From positions 724 to 64,723 of the forward strand of contig JAPLVO010000014.1 in assembly GCA_026397045.1 (NCBI GenBank): DNA of 64,000 nucleotides, in the 5' to 3' direction. The notes beneath the pieces were generated by a model, which saw only the letters and a program-made list of their open reading frames with translations, made no database searches and was not told the DNA's origin. Source of the stretch: Patescibacteria group bacterium (GTDB taxonomy: Bacteria; Patescibacteriota; Saccharimonadia; CAILAD01; BJGX01). Positions 29,293 to 39,573 of this stretch are shown in pieces (position 1 is the stretch's first letter; every line of letters begins with the position of its first letter). The position numbers were made by a program, and so were the translations under genes.

Positions 29293-30413
29293 CTAATATA
29301 ATCCTTGAGTCTTTTGCTATCTTTGTGCTTACGAAGCTTTGTTAGTGCCTTGGCTTCAATTTGTCGGATTCGCTCGCGGGTTACACCGAACTCCTGCCCG
29401 ACCTCTTCGAGGGTGTGGCTGCGTCCATCTTCTAGGCCAAAGCGCATGCGCAGAATCTTTTGCTCTCGAGGAGTAAGCAGCTCCAATGTGTCATCGATAT
29501 GCTCTTTTAATAACTCATATGTCGCAGCCTCTTCGGGGCTAACAGAGTCCACATCTTTGATAAAGTCTCCAAGGCTGGAATCCTCATCCTCGCCAACTGC
29601 TGCATCCAAACTCGTGGTGTCTTGGGATATTTTAAGGATGTGATTAACCTTATCGACATCAATTTCCATTTCTGCAGCTAGTTCCTCTGGCAGCGGCTCG
29701 CGTCCGAGTTCTTGGGTAAGACGGCGCTGAGTACGGATAAGCTTATTGATTGTTTCTACCATATGTACTGGGATTCGGATAACTCTGGCTTGGTCGGCAA
29801 TGGCTCTGGTGATAGCCTGGCGAATCCACCAGGTAGCATAGGTACTGAACTTAAAGCCTTTATGATAGTCGAATTTTTCAACCGCTCTGAGTAGCCCTGT
29901 GTTACCTTCCTGGATAAGATCCAATAGGTCCAACCCACGGCCGATATATTTTTTGGCAATACTCACCACGAGTCGCATATTGGCCTCGGCCAAAGCGTCC
30001 TTTGCAGCCTTGTCGCCCTTTTCAATTCGCTTGGCTAGCGACACTTCCTCGTCAGCTGTGATGAGAGGTATCTTACCTATCTCTCGCAAATACAGCCTTA
30101 CTGAATCGTCGGCGATATCTTTTATATTAGCTTCACTGGTAGCGCTCTCAACATCTTCTTCTGGCTCGGTTTCCCAAAGCTTGTCCTTTTGATCCGTAAC
30201 CTCGATACCTTTGTCGATAAGTTTGGAGTACAAATCATCGAGCAAATCTACATTTTCCTCGGCTTCCGGAACCGTCGACTGGATCTCCTGCTGAGTAACA
30301 AAGCCCTGCTGTCGACCCTTTGCGATAAGTTTGTCTATCTCGACAGTAAAATCATTATTTTCTACTGGCTTGTCTTTAGGGCTTTCGATTGGGGCTTTAG
30401 ATTTCTTTGGCAT
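29289..30413 (-). CDS. rpoD: Primary sigma factor RpoD/SigA
   Basis: [47 protein letters not shown]. Confidence 0.99.
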   Translation of the reverse strand: MPKKSKAPIESPKDKPVENNDFTVEIDKLIAKGRQQGFVTQQEIQSTVPEAEENVDLLDDLYSKLIDKGIEVTDQKDKLWETEPEEDVESATSEANIKDIADDSVRLYLREIGKIPLITADEEVSLAKRIEKGDKAAKDALAEANMRLVVSIAKKYIGRGLDLLDLIQEGNTGLLRAVEKFDYHKGFKFSTYATWWIRQAITRAIADQARVIRIPVHMVETINKLIRTQRRLTQELGREPLPEELAAEMEIDVDKVNHILKISQDTTSLDAAVGEDEDSSLGDFIKDVDSVSPEEAATYELLKEHIDDTLELLTPREQKILRMRFGLEDGRSHTLEEVGQEFGVTRERIRQIEAKALTKLRKHKDSKRLKDYIS

Positions 30414-30415
30414 AG

Positions 30416-32194
30416 TTATTTATCCTCGTTTATTAGTGCTTGATACTGTCTTAAAAGTTCCTTAGATAGCTTGATATCGCCGCTCGACTCGGCTTCGTAG
30501 AGCTGTCTTGCGAGCTTTTGTTTTACAGACTGCCTATTTGTTTCTTGAACCCTTGCGACCTGGGTGAAGGCTTCGAGCCTTATATCGTGCGCCGAGAAAT
30601 CGGCGTATTGTTGTTCACCCCTTAATGCTAGTATTTTAACATAATTTTCTTGTTCAGGCAATCCTTTAACAATGCTGTCAAATTTGGCATCGGTGTTATT
30701 CTTAATCCCTTCAAAAATCGACTGATGCAGATCGGTGATTTGATCTACTTCGAGATCGTCTAGAGCTGGTGCAGCAATTGGGAAGGCCAGGCACAGCTCC
30801 AGCAGTTCTTGCTCGAGTTTTTCTGGACGAGTAAGCTTACGCTTGTCTTCTATGGGGCCATTGTCGCTATCCGCGCCGGGTAGATCTAGCGTAGAAGATA
30901 TTATTGCGGGTGCTGTGGTTTTGGTGATACTTGAATTTAGTAGCTTAAAAATGTGCTCTTCTGCTACATCGACAATCTGCGCAACTGTCTTGATATAATG
31001 CTGTGTCTCTATATCGTCTGTAAAAGATCTGATCATCGGCAAAATAAAGCTAATAAACTGCTTCTTCCCTGGAGCTGTAAGGGTGCTATATTTGGTTTTG
31101 CCTAAAGAAATCAAATAGTCAGGTGCATACATGGCCGAATCCAATGCTCTCTGCCAGCTAGTTTTATCTTTTTTTAGCATTTCATCTGGATCCTTGGCAT
31201 CATTTAAGCCAATGATGTCGATCCTTACTTCTTGCTTGCTAGCTAGCTCTATGGCGCGTAGGGTGGCGTTGACCCCTGCTTCATCGGCATCAAAGCATAA
31301 TTTAATGTTTTTGCTGAGCCTACTCAGCTGACGGACCTGCATATCAGTGAGTGCAGTGCCACTGCAGGCAACTACATTTTTATATCCAGCATTGGCCAGT
31401 GCCAGGACATCCATATTGCCCTCGACAACAACGACGCCGTCGGCCTGTCTGATTGCCTCTTTTGCCTGAGTAAGGCCATAAATAGCTAGGCTTTTATTGT
31501 ATATTGCTGTTTGAGGAGTGTTGATATATTTAGCTATTTTCTGGCTGGACAGCGTTCTGGCGCTAAAGCCGATTGTCCGGCCTTGAGCATCAAACACAGG
31601 GAACATAACACGGCCTCTAAATAGATCATAAACACTACTGCTTTTAGGGCTTTTGGCACACAACCCAGCGGCGACAAGCTCATCGTCACTAAAGCCCTTA
31701 GATCGAAGGTGGACGGTGAGAGAGTCCCAGGTATCGGGAGAAAAGCCAAGCTTAAAGTGTTTTATGGTGTCTCTTGATAAGCCTCGCTGATTGATAAAAT
31801 AACTCTTTGAATCAGCATCCTTGGACAGAGCCATGTGGAAGTAAGCCATTGCCGAATCGTTAGCCTCGAAAAGTCGATTCTTTATGCTAGTTTCCTTATT
31901 ATTGCCAAATTTGCGTGGCTTCAAGGCCACCCCCGCCCTTTTGGCTAGCATTTCAAGAGCCTCAGGGAAGCTCACACCTTCAACCTCCATAACAAAGCCA
32001 ATAACATCGCCTCCCCTATTAGAGCTAAAATCATGCCAGATATTCTTTTCTGGGCTGACAATAAATGATGGAGTCTTTTCAGTCTTAAAGGGGCTTAACC
32101 CCTTAAAGCTTCGTCCCATCTGCTTAAGCTGGACATAACCCCCAATCACCTCCACAATATCTAGCCTACTTTTTACTTCATCTACATCGTTCAT
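30416..32194 (-). CDS. dnaG: DNA primase
   Basis: [41 protein letters not shown]. Start set at MNDVDEVK. Confidence 0.97.
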   Translation of the reverse strand: MNDVDEVKSRLDIVEVIGGYVQLKQMGRSFKGLSPFKTEKTPSFIVSPEKNIWHDFSSNRGGDVIGFVMEVEGVSFPEALEMLAKRAGVALKPRKFGNNKETSIKNRLFEANDSAMAYFHMALSKDADSKSYFINQRGLSRDTIKHFKLGFSPDTWDSLTVHLRSKGFSDDELVAAGLCAKSPKSSSVYDLFRGRVMFPVFDAQGRTIGFSARTLSSQKIAKYINTPQTAIYNKSLAIYGLTQAKEAIRQADGVVVVEGNMDVLALANAGYKNVVACSGTALTDMQVRQLSRLSKNIKLCFDADEAGVNATLRAIELASKQEVRIDIIGLNDAKDPDEMLKKDKTSWQRALDSAMYAPDYLISLGKTKYSTLTAPGKKQFISFILPMIRSFTDDIETQHYIKTVAQIVDVAEEHIFKLLNSSITKTTAPAIISSTLDLPGADSDNGPIEDKRKLTRPEKLEQELLELCLAFPIAAPALDDLEVDQITDLHQSIFEGIKNNTDAKFDSIVKGLPEQENYVKILALRGEQQYADFSAHDIRLEAFTQVARVQETNRQSVKQKLARQLYEAESSGDIKLSKELLRQYQALINEDK

Positions 32195-32295
32195 AGAACC
32201 ATTATAACCTTTTATCCGAAATAGGATGAAATATATTACTCTCAACCAAATTAAATACCGGCCCACAATGAAGTAGGCCGGTATTTTTTGAACTG

Positions 32296-32847
32296 CTAAT
32301 CTTGAATGCCCTGCATAAGCCTGCGACGATTACGGACTTTGCGATCCCTTCGGTCGGCAGCTTTAGACACTACGGCATCATTTCGGCTTCGGGCAATAGC
32401 GTCTTTGGCTTTGCCCAAGTCCTTGGTATCGATAGACAGTATTGTGAAATTACTATTGTGGTATCTATTACGGGTTCCTCTGTACAGAAACCCCAAGATC
32501 AGATCCAGTTCTTTATTGGTATAATTGTCTTTCTGATCCCACTCAGATACATACAGCCGAGCAAAATCCATAGCGGTGTTGTCGATATCATAGCTAGATG
32601 CTTTGATATAACGGCCTCTATATTGGAGTTGTTCAAGCAATGAAAGTACTTTTACTTTATCGTTATCGGTAACTCTGATTTCCCCGCTATCTTCGTAGCG
32701 ACTAAATATCACTGATAGCAAAAGACTGCGTATTATATCTTTATCAGCAGAATGGTAGTTGGTGATATCTGGCCAGCTATTAAGCCAGCGGTCGATGAAG
32801 CAAAGTGTAACTTCATTAAATGAATTAGCTATATATTTTTTGGACAT
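32296..32847 (-). CDS. Hypothetical protein with two tandem copies of an unknown domain
   Basis: Internal repeat F-x7-W-x4-NY-x5-D-x-I-x3-L-x6-RY-x2-S occurs twice; basic C-terminal tail. Confidence 0.7.
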   Translation of the reverse strand: MSKKYIANSFNEVTLCFIDRWLNSWPDITNYHSADKDIIRSLLLSVIFSRYEDSGEIRVTDNDKVKVLSLLEQLQYRGRYIKASSYDIDNTAMDFARLYVSEWDQKDNYTNKELDLILGFLYRGTRNRYHNSNFTILSIDTKDLGKAKDAIARSRNDAVVSKAADRRDRKVRNRRRLMQGIQD

Positions 32848-32948
32848 TTAGCCCCCCGTTGGTTCGAGTGAATACACTGTTGTTTCCACCTGATAACAAA
32901 GTTACTATATTTGCTGCACCTTTACAATAAAAACTGAATAAATTTTTA

Positions 32949-32973
32949 GGGCGCCTGGGAAATCCAGGCGCCC
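32949..32973. terminator. GC-rich stem-loop just after the 99-aa gene
   Basis: GGGCGCCTGG-GAAAT-CCAGGCGCCC; no clear U-tract on the minus strand. Confidence 0.45.
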
Positions 32974-32981
32974 CGGCGGGA

Positions 32982-33281
32982 TCATCTAAAACTTGGCAAT
33001 ATTTCTGCCTCCTTGTTTCTGAATTTGTCCTTTAGGAACCTAAGCTCCCTTCGCAAGTCGTCCTCTGTAATAAAGTATCTTTGGGTGATCTCCCAATTTC
33101 TCTTTACTACTCCAGTTACACTCGAGCACAAATGCTCAAAAACTTGCTCTTCCCCAATCTTTGCTACTATCTTGTCAAACAGAGCCTTAATCTCTAGGGT
33201 TTTACCCTTGAGGGCCTCAACTTTAGCCTTCACGGCTTTTTTGCCTTCCTCTTCTATATAAAAGGTATTTACCATGGACAA
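32982..33281 (-). CDS. Hypothetical small helical protein
   Basis: 99-aa ORF with purine-rich SD (AAGGAAGGGA) and a downstream hairpin. Confidence 0.65.
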   Translation of the reverse strand: MSMVNTFYIEEEGKKAVKAKVEALKGKTLEIKALFDKIVAKIGEEQVFEHLCSSVTGVVKRNWEITQRYFITEDDLRRELRFLKDKFRNKEAEILPSFR

Positions 33282-33341
33282 AAATTCCCTTCCTTATGGG
33301 TGAACAAAAATATTACCACATGCAAGAGGAATCGGCAATGA

Positions 33342-34721
33342 CTATTTCCAGCGCCAGGTATCGAGGATATTCTTGGTTACTGTCTTGTCGAACTCTTCCT
33401 GATAAGAAGTGACAATATCTGTACCTGTCACTGCCTTACCCTCCTGCTGATATGTCTTACCAAGCACCAAGGATATAACTCTGGAATATGTACGCCCATC
33501 AGTAGATTTATATATAAACTGCTTAGCGTCTGAGCCATCTAGCTTTATAATTTCTTTTGACAAAACAGTGATAGAAGGCTCTACGATGGCGGCAAACTCA
33601 TCTAGGTTCTTATAATCATCTGTGATTGTATTTACAGTAATTTTGCTAGTTTTGAATTTACCAAAAGTGGCATCCTCAAAACTACAAACTGTATCTGTAG
33701 GAACAGTGTTGGGGTTATATATTGCGAAAGTATAACATTGCTTGTCGATTGTTACATATCCTTCAGGAGGAGTGGCAGGTGGCGATACTGTAGGCGTTTC
33801 TACTGCTGGTTCTTCAGCCGGTGGAGGCTCTACTACCTGGGGAATATCCTGGACATCAGATTGCTTTGGTCCAGAGCTAGCGATAACGACAATTGCTATG
33901 ATAATAATAACCAAGCCCATGATTGCTCCAGCTATTATAAATATTATTTTCTTGTTACTACCGGCCGAAGAGTCCTGAGGCATTTCGGTTTCCATATTAG
34001 CCATAAGAGGATCAATACCACCTAAATTTGGATCCATTCCGCTTGATTGTATTGGCTGATCCATAGAAGCTACGGCTGGCCCAAGATCAGATGCACCTGG
34101 AAGCCCACTATAGCTCACGGGCTGGACCGGCAAATCTTGTTGAGGCCCAGGCATTGGCACAAAAGGAACTGGTTCGTTGGGTGGTAGCTGGGGTGCCAAT
34201 GCAGGTTCGGCTGAAGGCACCGGTAAAGGAGCCGGAGCTGGAAGTGGCGGAAGGATGGCTGGCTGCCCAATAGCAGGGTCTGCAGATGGAGCCTCAACTC
34301 CCGGCGCTGGCACTGAGGCTTGCTCAAAGTCATTGTTCATCGCTGTTAAGCCTGGATCCGAGGCTGGAGGTTCAATAGTATTTGGAATTGGTGATTCGGT
34401 AGGCACACCCAAAACATTTGGAGCAGCTTGCGGGGTACCTGGCACCGTGCCCTCAACACCCTGTTCTGGCTTAGCATAAAGCGCCGAGGTATCAGAGGCA
34501 GCTGTTTGTTGCCATTCGGGCTGAGGCGAAGTATCTGGCTGAAAAGTAGTGCCAGCAGACACAGGGGCTGGCTGGCCATCAGTAGCATCAGCTTGGGGGC
34601 TAGCAGCTGTTGGCTGGGGAATAGAAGTTAGAATGATCCCAGAATCGGAAGGATCTACTTGGGGAGTAGATGTGTTCGATTGCACTTGGCTAATTGGGAA
34701 GTCATTATCTTGCGGTTGCAT
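33342..34721 (-). CDS. Pro/acidic-rich single-pass membrane protein with globular C-terminal domain
   Basis: About 255 aa of disordered P/Q/A/D-rich sequence, KK then a TM helix (IIFIIAGAIMGLVIIIIAIVVIA), then a globular C-terminus. Confidence 0.85.
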   Translation of the reverse strand: MQPQDNDFPISQVQSNTSTPQVDPSDSGIILTSIPQPTAASPQADATDGQPAPVSAGTTFQPDTSPQPEWQQTAASDTSALYAKPEQGVEGTVPGTPQAAPNVLGVPTESPIPNTIEPPASDPGLTAMNNDFEQASVPAPGVEAPSADPAIGQPAILPPLPAPAPLPVPSAEPALAPQLPPNEPVPFVPMPGPQQDLPVQPVSYSGLPGASDLGPAVASMDQPIQSSGMDPNLGGIDPLMANMETEMPQDSSAGSNKKIIFIIAGAIMGLVIIIIAIVVIASSGPKQSDVQDIPQVVEPPPAEEPAVETPTVSPPATPPEGYVTIDKQCYTFAIYNPNTVPTDTVCSFEDATFGKFKTSKITVNTITDDYKNLDEFAAIVEPSITVLSKEIIKLDGSDAKQFIYKSTDGRTYSRVISLVLGKTYQQEGKAVTGTDIVTSYQEEFDKTVTKNILDTWRWK

Positions 34722-34765
34722 AGTTAGGTACTAGTATAAACAACCTTTGTGTATTTCGCTAGTGC

Positions 34766-35560
34766 TTAGATCAAATTTAGTGTTAAGCACTTGACTCCTC
34801 CACCCGATTTTCGGAATTCCAGTATTGATGTTCCGATTACCACAAACCCCGCAAGCCGGTATTTATCGAGTAAGCTGTGCGATTCATCGCTAGTAATGAT
34901 GGTTTTACCATCGCTTACGGCGTTCAAGCCAAAGCCTTTGGCCTCCTCAAGAGTGGCTTCGATAATGTTAGGTATTGCATCTTTTAGCTTTTTCTGGCTA
35001 TCTTCATCGAGTGCGCCAGGATAATACGCCACCGTGTCATCAGATAATACTGCAAGCGAAGTATCGAGATGATAGAAGTTTGGATCTATAATCTTCAAGC
35101 TCACCACTTCACAGCCAAAGTATTCGCGCATTTCGTCGGCAGCTTTGATGTCCGAGCGAAAGCCATGCCCAGCCAGAATCTTATCTCCGCACAGTAAGTT
35201 ATCTCCTCCACCCTCGAATAAATTTTCGGCCTGTTTGGTATTCGTAAAGCCATTGCCCTGTAGCCACCTGCTAAAATGAGCTGTCTCGGGCTGCCGCTCT
35301 GGGTATCGAAACCTACTCAAGAGAATCTTGCCGTCTTTTATAAGGCAGCAGTCGGTCGCAAACACCATGTCCGGTAAACCCTTGATTGGTTCAATAAGAT
35401 TTACATTCCAGCCAAGCTTATTTTTATAAATACTATATAAATCTTGCCACTGCTTTGCTACCAAATCATCATTAACCTCATTATTGGTATGCATCCAAGA
35501 GTTAATCTCATATTCGATGCCAAAGTATTTCGGTGCACACATTAGGATATTTTTTTTCAT
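34766..35560 (-). CDS. Amidinotransferase / DDAH / arginine dihydrolase-like guanidino-modifying enzyme
   Basis: LPDMVF, FEGGGD, FYHLDT, SGGGVKCLT catalytic motifs. Confidence 0.9.
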   Translation of the reverse strand: MKKNILMCAPKYFGIEYEINSWMHTNNEVNDDLVAKQWQDLYSIYKNKLGWNVNLIEPIKGLPDMVFATDCCLIKDGKILLSRFRYPERQPETAHFSRWLQGNGFTNTKQAENLFEGGGDNLLCGDKILAGHGFRSDIKAADEMREYFGCEVVSLKIIDPNFYHLDTSLAVLSDDTVAYYPGALDEDSQKKLKDAIPNIIEATLEEAKGFGLNAVSDGKTIITSDESHSLLDKYRLAGFVVIGTSILEFRKSGGGVKCLTLNLI

Positions 35561-35620
35561 CTTGCCAATTATAACAGCTTGGGCTTTATATATAAGTGGC
35601 TATCAGGCTATAATAGAGGC

Positions 35621-36937
35621 ATGAAAAAGACACTTAAAAAAGTTGTTCAGCCAATCATTCCCAAATCATTGATCAACTTTTTTCATTACACTGAATCCAT
35701 TGCGGCTGCTCAGAAGTACAAAAAGCCTAGCGAAGGCATGATAGTTATTGGTATTGTCGGCAGCAAAGGCAAAACCACTACTGCCAATATGCTTTGGTCC
35801 ATACTTAGTGCCGATGGCAATAAGGTTGGCCTAATCGGCACTGCAAACATTCGCTACGGCAACAAAGAAGAAATGAATCCCTACCATATGACTCTGCCCG
35901 GGGCGTTTGTCACTCAAAAGATCCTAGCCAAGATGGCTAGCATGAAATGCAAGTATGTGGTTATGGAAGTCCCCTCCGAGGGCCAGACTCAATATCGGCA
36001 TGTTGGAATTAATTTTGATGTTTTGGTATTTACCAATGTCACCAAGGAACTAATGGCGGCACACGACTTTAGCATGGAAACTTTGCACAAACACAACAAG
36101 CGTGTGTTTAAGCACCTCACCCACTCCAAGCGAAAGACCATTGATCTTGCCCGCACCCCCAAGATGATTATCGCTAATACCGACAACAAGCACGCCAAAG
36201 ATTATTTAATTTTCCAGGCAGATAAAAAGCTAACATTCGGAACCAAGGCCGATGCCGATTACAAAATTACTAGTCTAGCCGACACCCAAAGTGGAATTAG
36301 CTTTGACATCGACAAGTCCAGCTATAAGGTAAAGATATTAGGTAAAATAAACGCCATTAATGCTGCCGGTGCAATCGCTACCGCATCGGCCCTAGGTACT
36401 AACAAAAAAGCCATTTCTACAGGCCTGAGCAAGCTCCCAACCATACCTGGCCGCATGGAAGTTATTGAAGGCAAACAGCCCTTTACCGTGGTGGTCGATT
36501 ACGCCCACGAGCAAGCCAGCATGACTGCACTTATGGAAAGTGCTAAAGATATCAAACCCAAAAGCGCTAAAGTCATTACCCTACTCGGTGCCGAAGGTGG
36601 TGGCCGCGATAGTGCCAAGCGCCCCGCAATGGGCGAAATCTGTGCCAAGGGTTCGGACATAATTATCTTAAGCAATGTCGACCCATACGAAGACGACCCG
36701 ATAGACATTATTAATGACATCAAAAAAGGCGCCCTTAAGGCTGGTGCCAAAGAAGGCAAAAGTATGTTTATAGTCCCCGACCGCCGTGAAGGTATCCGCA
36801 AAGCCCTGCAGCTAGCCAAAAAAGATGATTTAGTTTTAATTACCGGCAAAGGCGCGGAACAATCAATTGTGATTGGTGGCAAATCCAGCCCTTGGGATGA
36901 CAGAAAAGTTGTTCGCGAAGAATTAAAAAGCTTATAA
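35621..36937 (+). CDS. murE: UDP-MurNAc-tripeptide synthetase (MurE-type ligase)
   Basis: GSKGKTTT, VMEV.SEG, IPGRME, VVDYAH, GGGRD..KRP.MG, ITGKGAE; NVDPY in place of DNPR. Start set at 35621. Confidence 0.85.
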   Translation: MKKTLKKVVQPIIPKSLINFFHYTESIAAAQKYKKPSEGMIVIGIVGSKGKTTTANMLWSILSADGNKVGLIGTANIRYGNKEEMNPYHMTLPGAFVTQKILAKMASMKCKYVVMEVPSEGQTQYRHVGINFDVLVFTNVTKELMAAHDFSMETLHKHNKRVFKHLTHSKRKTIDLARTPKMIIANTDNKHAKDYLIFQADKKLTFGTKADADYKITSLADTQSGISFDIDKSSYKVKILGKINAINAAGAIATASALGTNKKAISTGLSKLPTIPGRMEVIEGKQPFTVVVDYAHEQASMTALMESAKDIKPKSAKVITLLGAEGGGRDSAKRPAMGEICAKGSDIIILSNVDPYEDDPIDIINDIKKGALKAGAKEGKSMFIVPDRREGIRKALQLAKKDDLVLITGKGAEQSIVIGGKSSPWDDRKVVREELKSL

Positions 36938-37315
36938 ATTAGAGTCTAAGAATACTTTTAACTCTTTTAGGTCTCGCTTCGAACAATCATAAAACATCGT
37001 TTTAATACCAGCCTGCGTAGCAACTTCGGCAGCTTCTTTATTGTGTTCAAAATAAACAACTTCACTGGGCTTTAAATTATATTTATTAAGTAATATTTCA
37101 AAATATTTTGAGTCCGTCTTTTCTGGGTCATGCTTAAGAGTAAAAACTTCGTAAGGAGATCTGTTCAAATTAAACTCTTTGAACTGTTCATCGTTAGCAC
37201 CCGTCAAAACTAATTTTGGATTTGGATATTTTTCTAAAAGTTGATGCATTTCTTCAAAGACAGTTCCGTCTTTAAGTATAAGGCCATCGATTGCATCTAC
37301 GAGTATTGTTTTCAT
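36932..37315 (-). CDS. Small capless HAD-family hydrolase
   Basis: ILVDAID, LTGAN, PEK....YF, VYFEH. Confidence 0.75.
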   Translation of the reverse strand: MKTILVDAIDGLILKDGTVFEEMHQLLEKYPNPKLVLTGANDEQFKEFNLNRSPYEVFTLKHDPEKTDSKYFEILLNKYNLKPSEVVYFEHNKEAAEVATQAGIKTMFYDCSKRDLKELKVFLDSNL

Positions 37316-38181
37316 TTTTTTGCTAGATCCTTAATAGCTGCAGGGCAGAGTCCATTATGCAACTCGTCGCAGCCCTTGCAGCAAATGAATAACTGGTGGC
37401 AGTCTGGCTTGGCACAATCAATGTAGCGATCGCTCGCCTTTTTACAATGTGTGCATGTGCCTAAAACCTTTTCGCCGCTTTTGGTGTCGGTATTAGTAAC
37501 CATTCGGTCATCAAACACGAAGTTTTTGCCCTTAAAGTAACCATCTGGATACTTCTCGAGATACTTTACAATTCCGCCCTCGAGCTGGTAAACATCGGTA
37601 AAACCCTCTTCGGCAAGAAGTGCTGTGGCCTTTTCGCAGCGGATTCCACCAGTGCAATAAGTTACAACCTTTTTATCTTTATCTATCTTGAGGTTTTTAA
37701 CCTTTTCGGGTAACTCATAAAACTTGACCGTACCAGGCTGAATCGCACCGTCAAACCTACCCACCTCGTACTCATAATTATTACGCATATCCACCATTAC
37801 CACATCTTCGCCCTGTTCGAAAAGCTCATGCATTTGTTCGGGGCTAAGATACTTGCCAGTCTTTTTAAGATCCACATCTTTTCCAAGCGTCACAATTTCT
37901 GAGCGGTATTTAACGATCATTTTCGGAAACGGCATTTTTGGTGCGGTTGATCGCTTGAATACAATACCCCTAAAGTCTGGGTGCTTATCCATATATTCGG
38001 TATATTCGTTGAGCTGGGCGCGAGTTCCAGCCACGGTTCCGTTGATGCCTTCATCGCCAATAAGGATTCGGCCCTTCAGGCCAATCCCCTTGCAAACTAG
38101 CTTGTGCTGTTTGGCTTCAAACTTCGCATCTTTTAGCGGAGTGAATTTATAATATAGTAGTACAAAAATATTGCTCGACAT
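37312..38181 (-). CDS. trhO: tRNA uridine(34) hydroxylase TrhO (UPF0176 rhodanese)
   Basis: LYYKF, GRILIG.EGINGT, DMRNNYE..VGRF, YCTGGIRCEKA, GGIVKYL, FVFDDR. Confidence 0.92.
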   Translation of the reverse strand: MSSNIFVLLYYKFTPLKDAKFEAKQHKLVCKGIGLKGRILIGDEGINGTVAGTRAQLNEYTEYMDKHPDFRGIVFKRSTAPKMPFPKMIVKYRSEIVTLGKDVDLKKTGKYLSPEQMHELFEQGEDVVMVDMRNNYEYEVGRFDGAIQPGTVKFYELPEKVKNLKIDKDKKVVTYCTGGIRCEKATALLAEEGFTDVYQLEGGIVKYLEKYPDGYFKGKNFVFDDRMVTNTDTKSGEKVLGTCTHCKKASDRYIDCAKPDCHQLFICCKGCDELHNGLCPAAIKDLAKK

Positions 38182-38223
38182 AATGTGCGATTATAGCAAA
38201 ATACCAGCTTTAAGGCCAGGCAG

Positions 38224-38949
38224 CTACTTGATTAGCTTCTGCTCAAGGTCTGTCGAATAAACTCCAGTTTCTATTAGCCAAGCCTGCAGGGCCCTATCTA
38301 GGCCTGCGAGTATCGCAAGCCCTACTATTATCAGAAATACCCCTAGGAGTCTTTTGAATAAGCCATTAGGGTCCTCTAGCCAGCTGAACTTGCGTATTAA
38401 TACCTGCCCAAACTTAGCCACCAGAAGAAGTACTAAACACAAACCAAATGCATAGGCCATGACATATAATAATCCCTTGGCGAAGTTGGCGGGTAATGCC
38501 ACTGATAGTATTAATAAATATACAGGGCTGCAGCTACTAAATACCGGCCCAAGCGCTGCTCCAACCATAATTGCTCCTACTAAACCACCCTTTTTGTATC
38601 CTTTGCCGAGAAACTTATTGGAACTAGCATAGAGACCTAATCGTGATTGGAGTTTTTCCCATAACATAGGCAATGCCATTGAAACACCAAATAATACAAT
38701 GATTGAGCCCGAAAGGTAGCTCCAGAATGCGGTTGGTACGCCTATCAGGACGGTACTGGCCTTGAGTATTAAGGTAAATACTATAATTGACACAAACAGC
38801 GAGAGTACAATAATAAAAGGTCTGTTTTTATCCTTGCTAGCCACCGAACCTCCTAAGATAACCGGCACAATAGGTAGTACACAAGGGGCAAATGCAGTAA
38901 GCATCCCCGCTAAGAGCGATATAAAAAGGAAGCTAATTAGCTCTAGCAT
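38224..38949 (-). CDS. ccdA: CcdA/DsbD-like thiol-disulfide transmembrane electron transporter
   Basis: APCVLPIVP and SSCSPV Cys-Pro motifs; multi-TM. Confidence 0.88.
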   Translation of the reverse strand: MLELISFLFISLLAGMLTAFAPCVLPIVPVILGGSVASKDKNRPFIIVLSLFVSIIVFTLILKASTVLIGVPTAFWSYLSGSIIVLFGVSMALPMLWEKLQSRLGLYASSNKFLGKGYKKGGLVGAIMVGAALGPVFSSCSPVYLLILSVALPANFAKGLLYVMAYAFGLCLVLLLVAKFGQVLIRKFSWLEDPNGLFKRLLGVFLIIVGLAILAGLDRALQAWLIETGVYSTDLEQKLIK

Positions 38950-39461
38950 CAGCTCTTTATTTGGCTGGCTACTTCATTGGCAGTATCACTACCAGACCAT
39001 TTATTTATTAGCTTCCCATCGCTATCTACCTGGACAAAAGTGTGCTGAAATGTAACGCCGTATTTTTTTCTAAGTTCGATGTTCTTGTCATAATCAACGC
39101 TAAGGATTGTAAGATTATTGGGTATGGGGTTACTACTAAAGCTCGCATTTGCTTTCTGACACTCGGAGCACCATTTGGCATTAAAAAACAACACCACGCT
39201 AGAATCACTAGCCTTGGATAACTTCGAGCTGTCATATTGCTCATATACTCCAGGACTATCGGCCTTAGCACTACTAGCTATTGGCTCATCGGATTTGGGC
39301 GATTCCGAAATGGTGCCCTCAGAGATCGTATTGCTGTCTTTGGGATCTGGCTTATTGGTGCTAGAACTCACAACGATAAATCCCCCAACCAATAACAGCA
39401 GGGCAAATGCAGCCACCAAGGCATATTTATTTCTCTTCAAAATATTTTTAATCTTATTCAT
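38949..39461 (-). CDS. Membrane-anchored thioredoxin-family protein
   Basis: TM helix, FFNAKWCSEC, KYGVTFQHTFVQVD; TGATG coupling to ccdA. Start set at MNKIK. Confidence 0.88.
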   Translation of the reverse strand: MNKIKNILKRNKYALVAAFALLLLVGGFIVVSSSTNKPDPKDSNTISEGTISESPKSDEPIASSAKADSPGVYEQYDSSKLSKASDSSVVLFFNAKWCSECQKANASFSSNPIPNNLTILSVDYDKNIELRKKYGVTFQHTFVQVDSDGKLINKWSGSDTANEVASQIKS

Positions 39462-39573
39462 AGCGCGTATTATACATGAGAAGTACTGATAAAACGAACT
39501 ATACTTAGCTTGAAACTTAGCTGTATTTCTGTTAAAACTATTAGCGATGCTCACAAAACCCTAAAGGAGTAGC

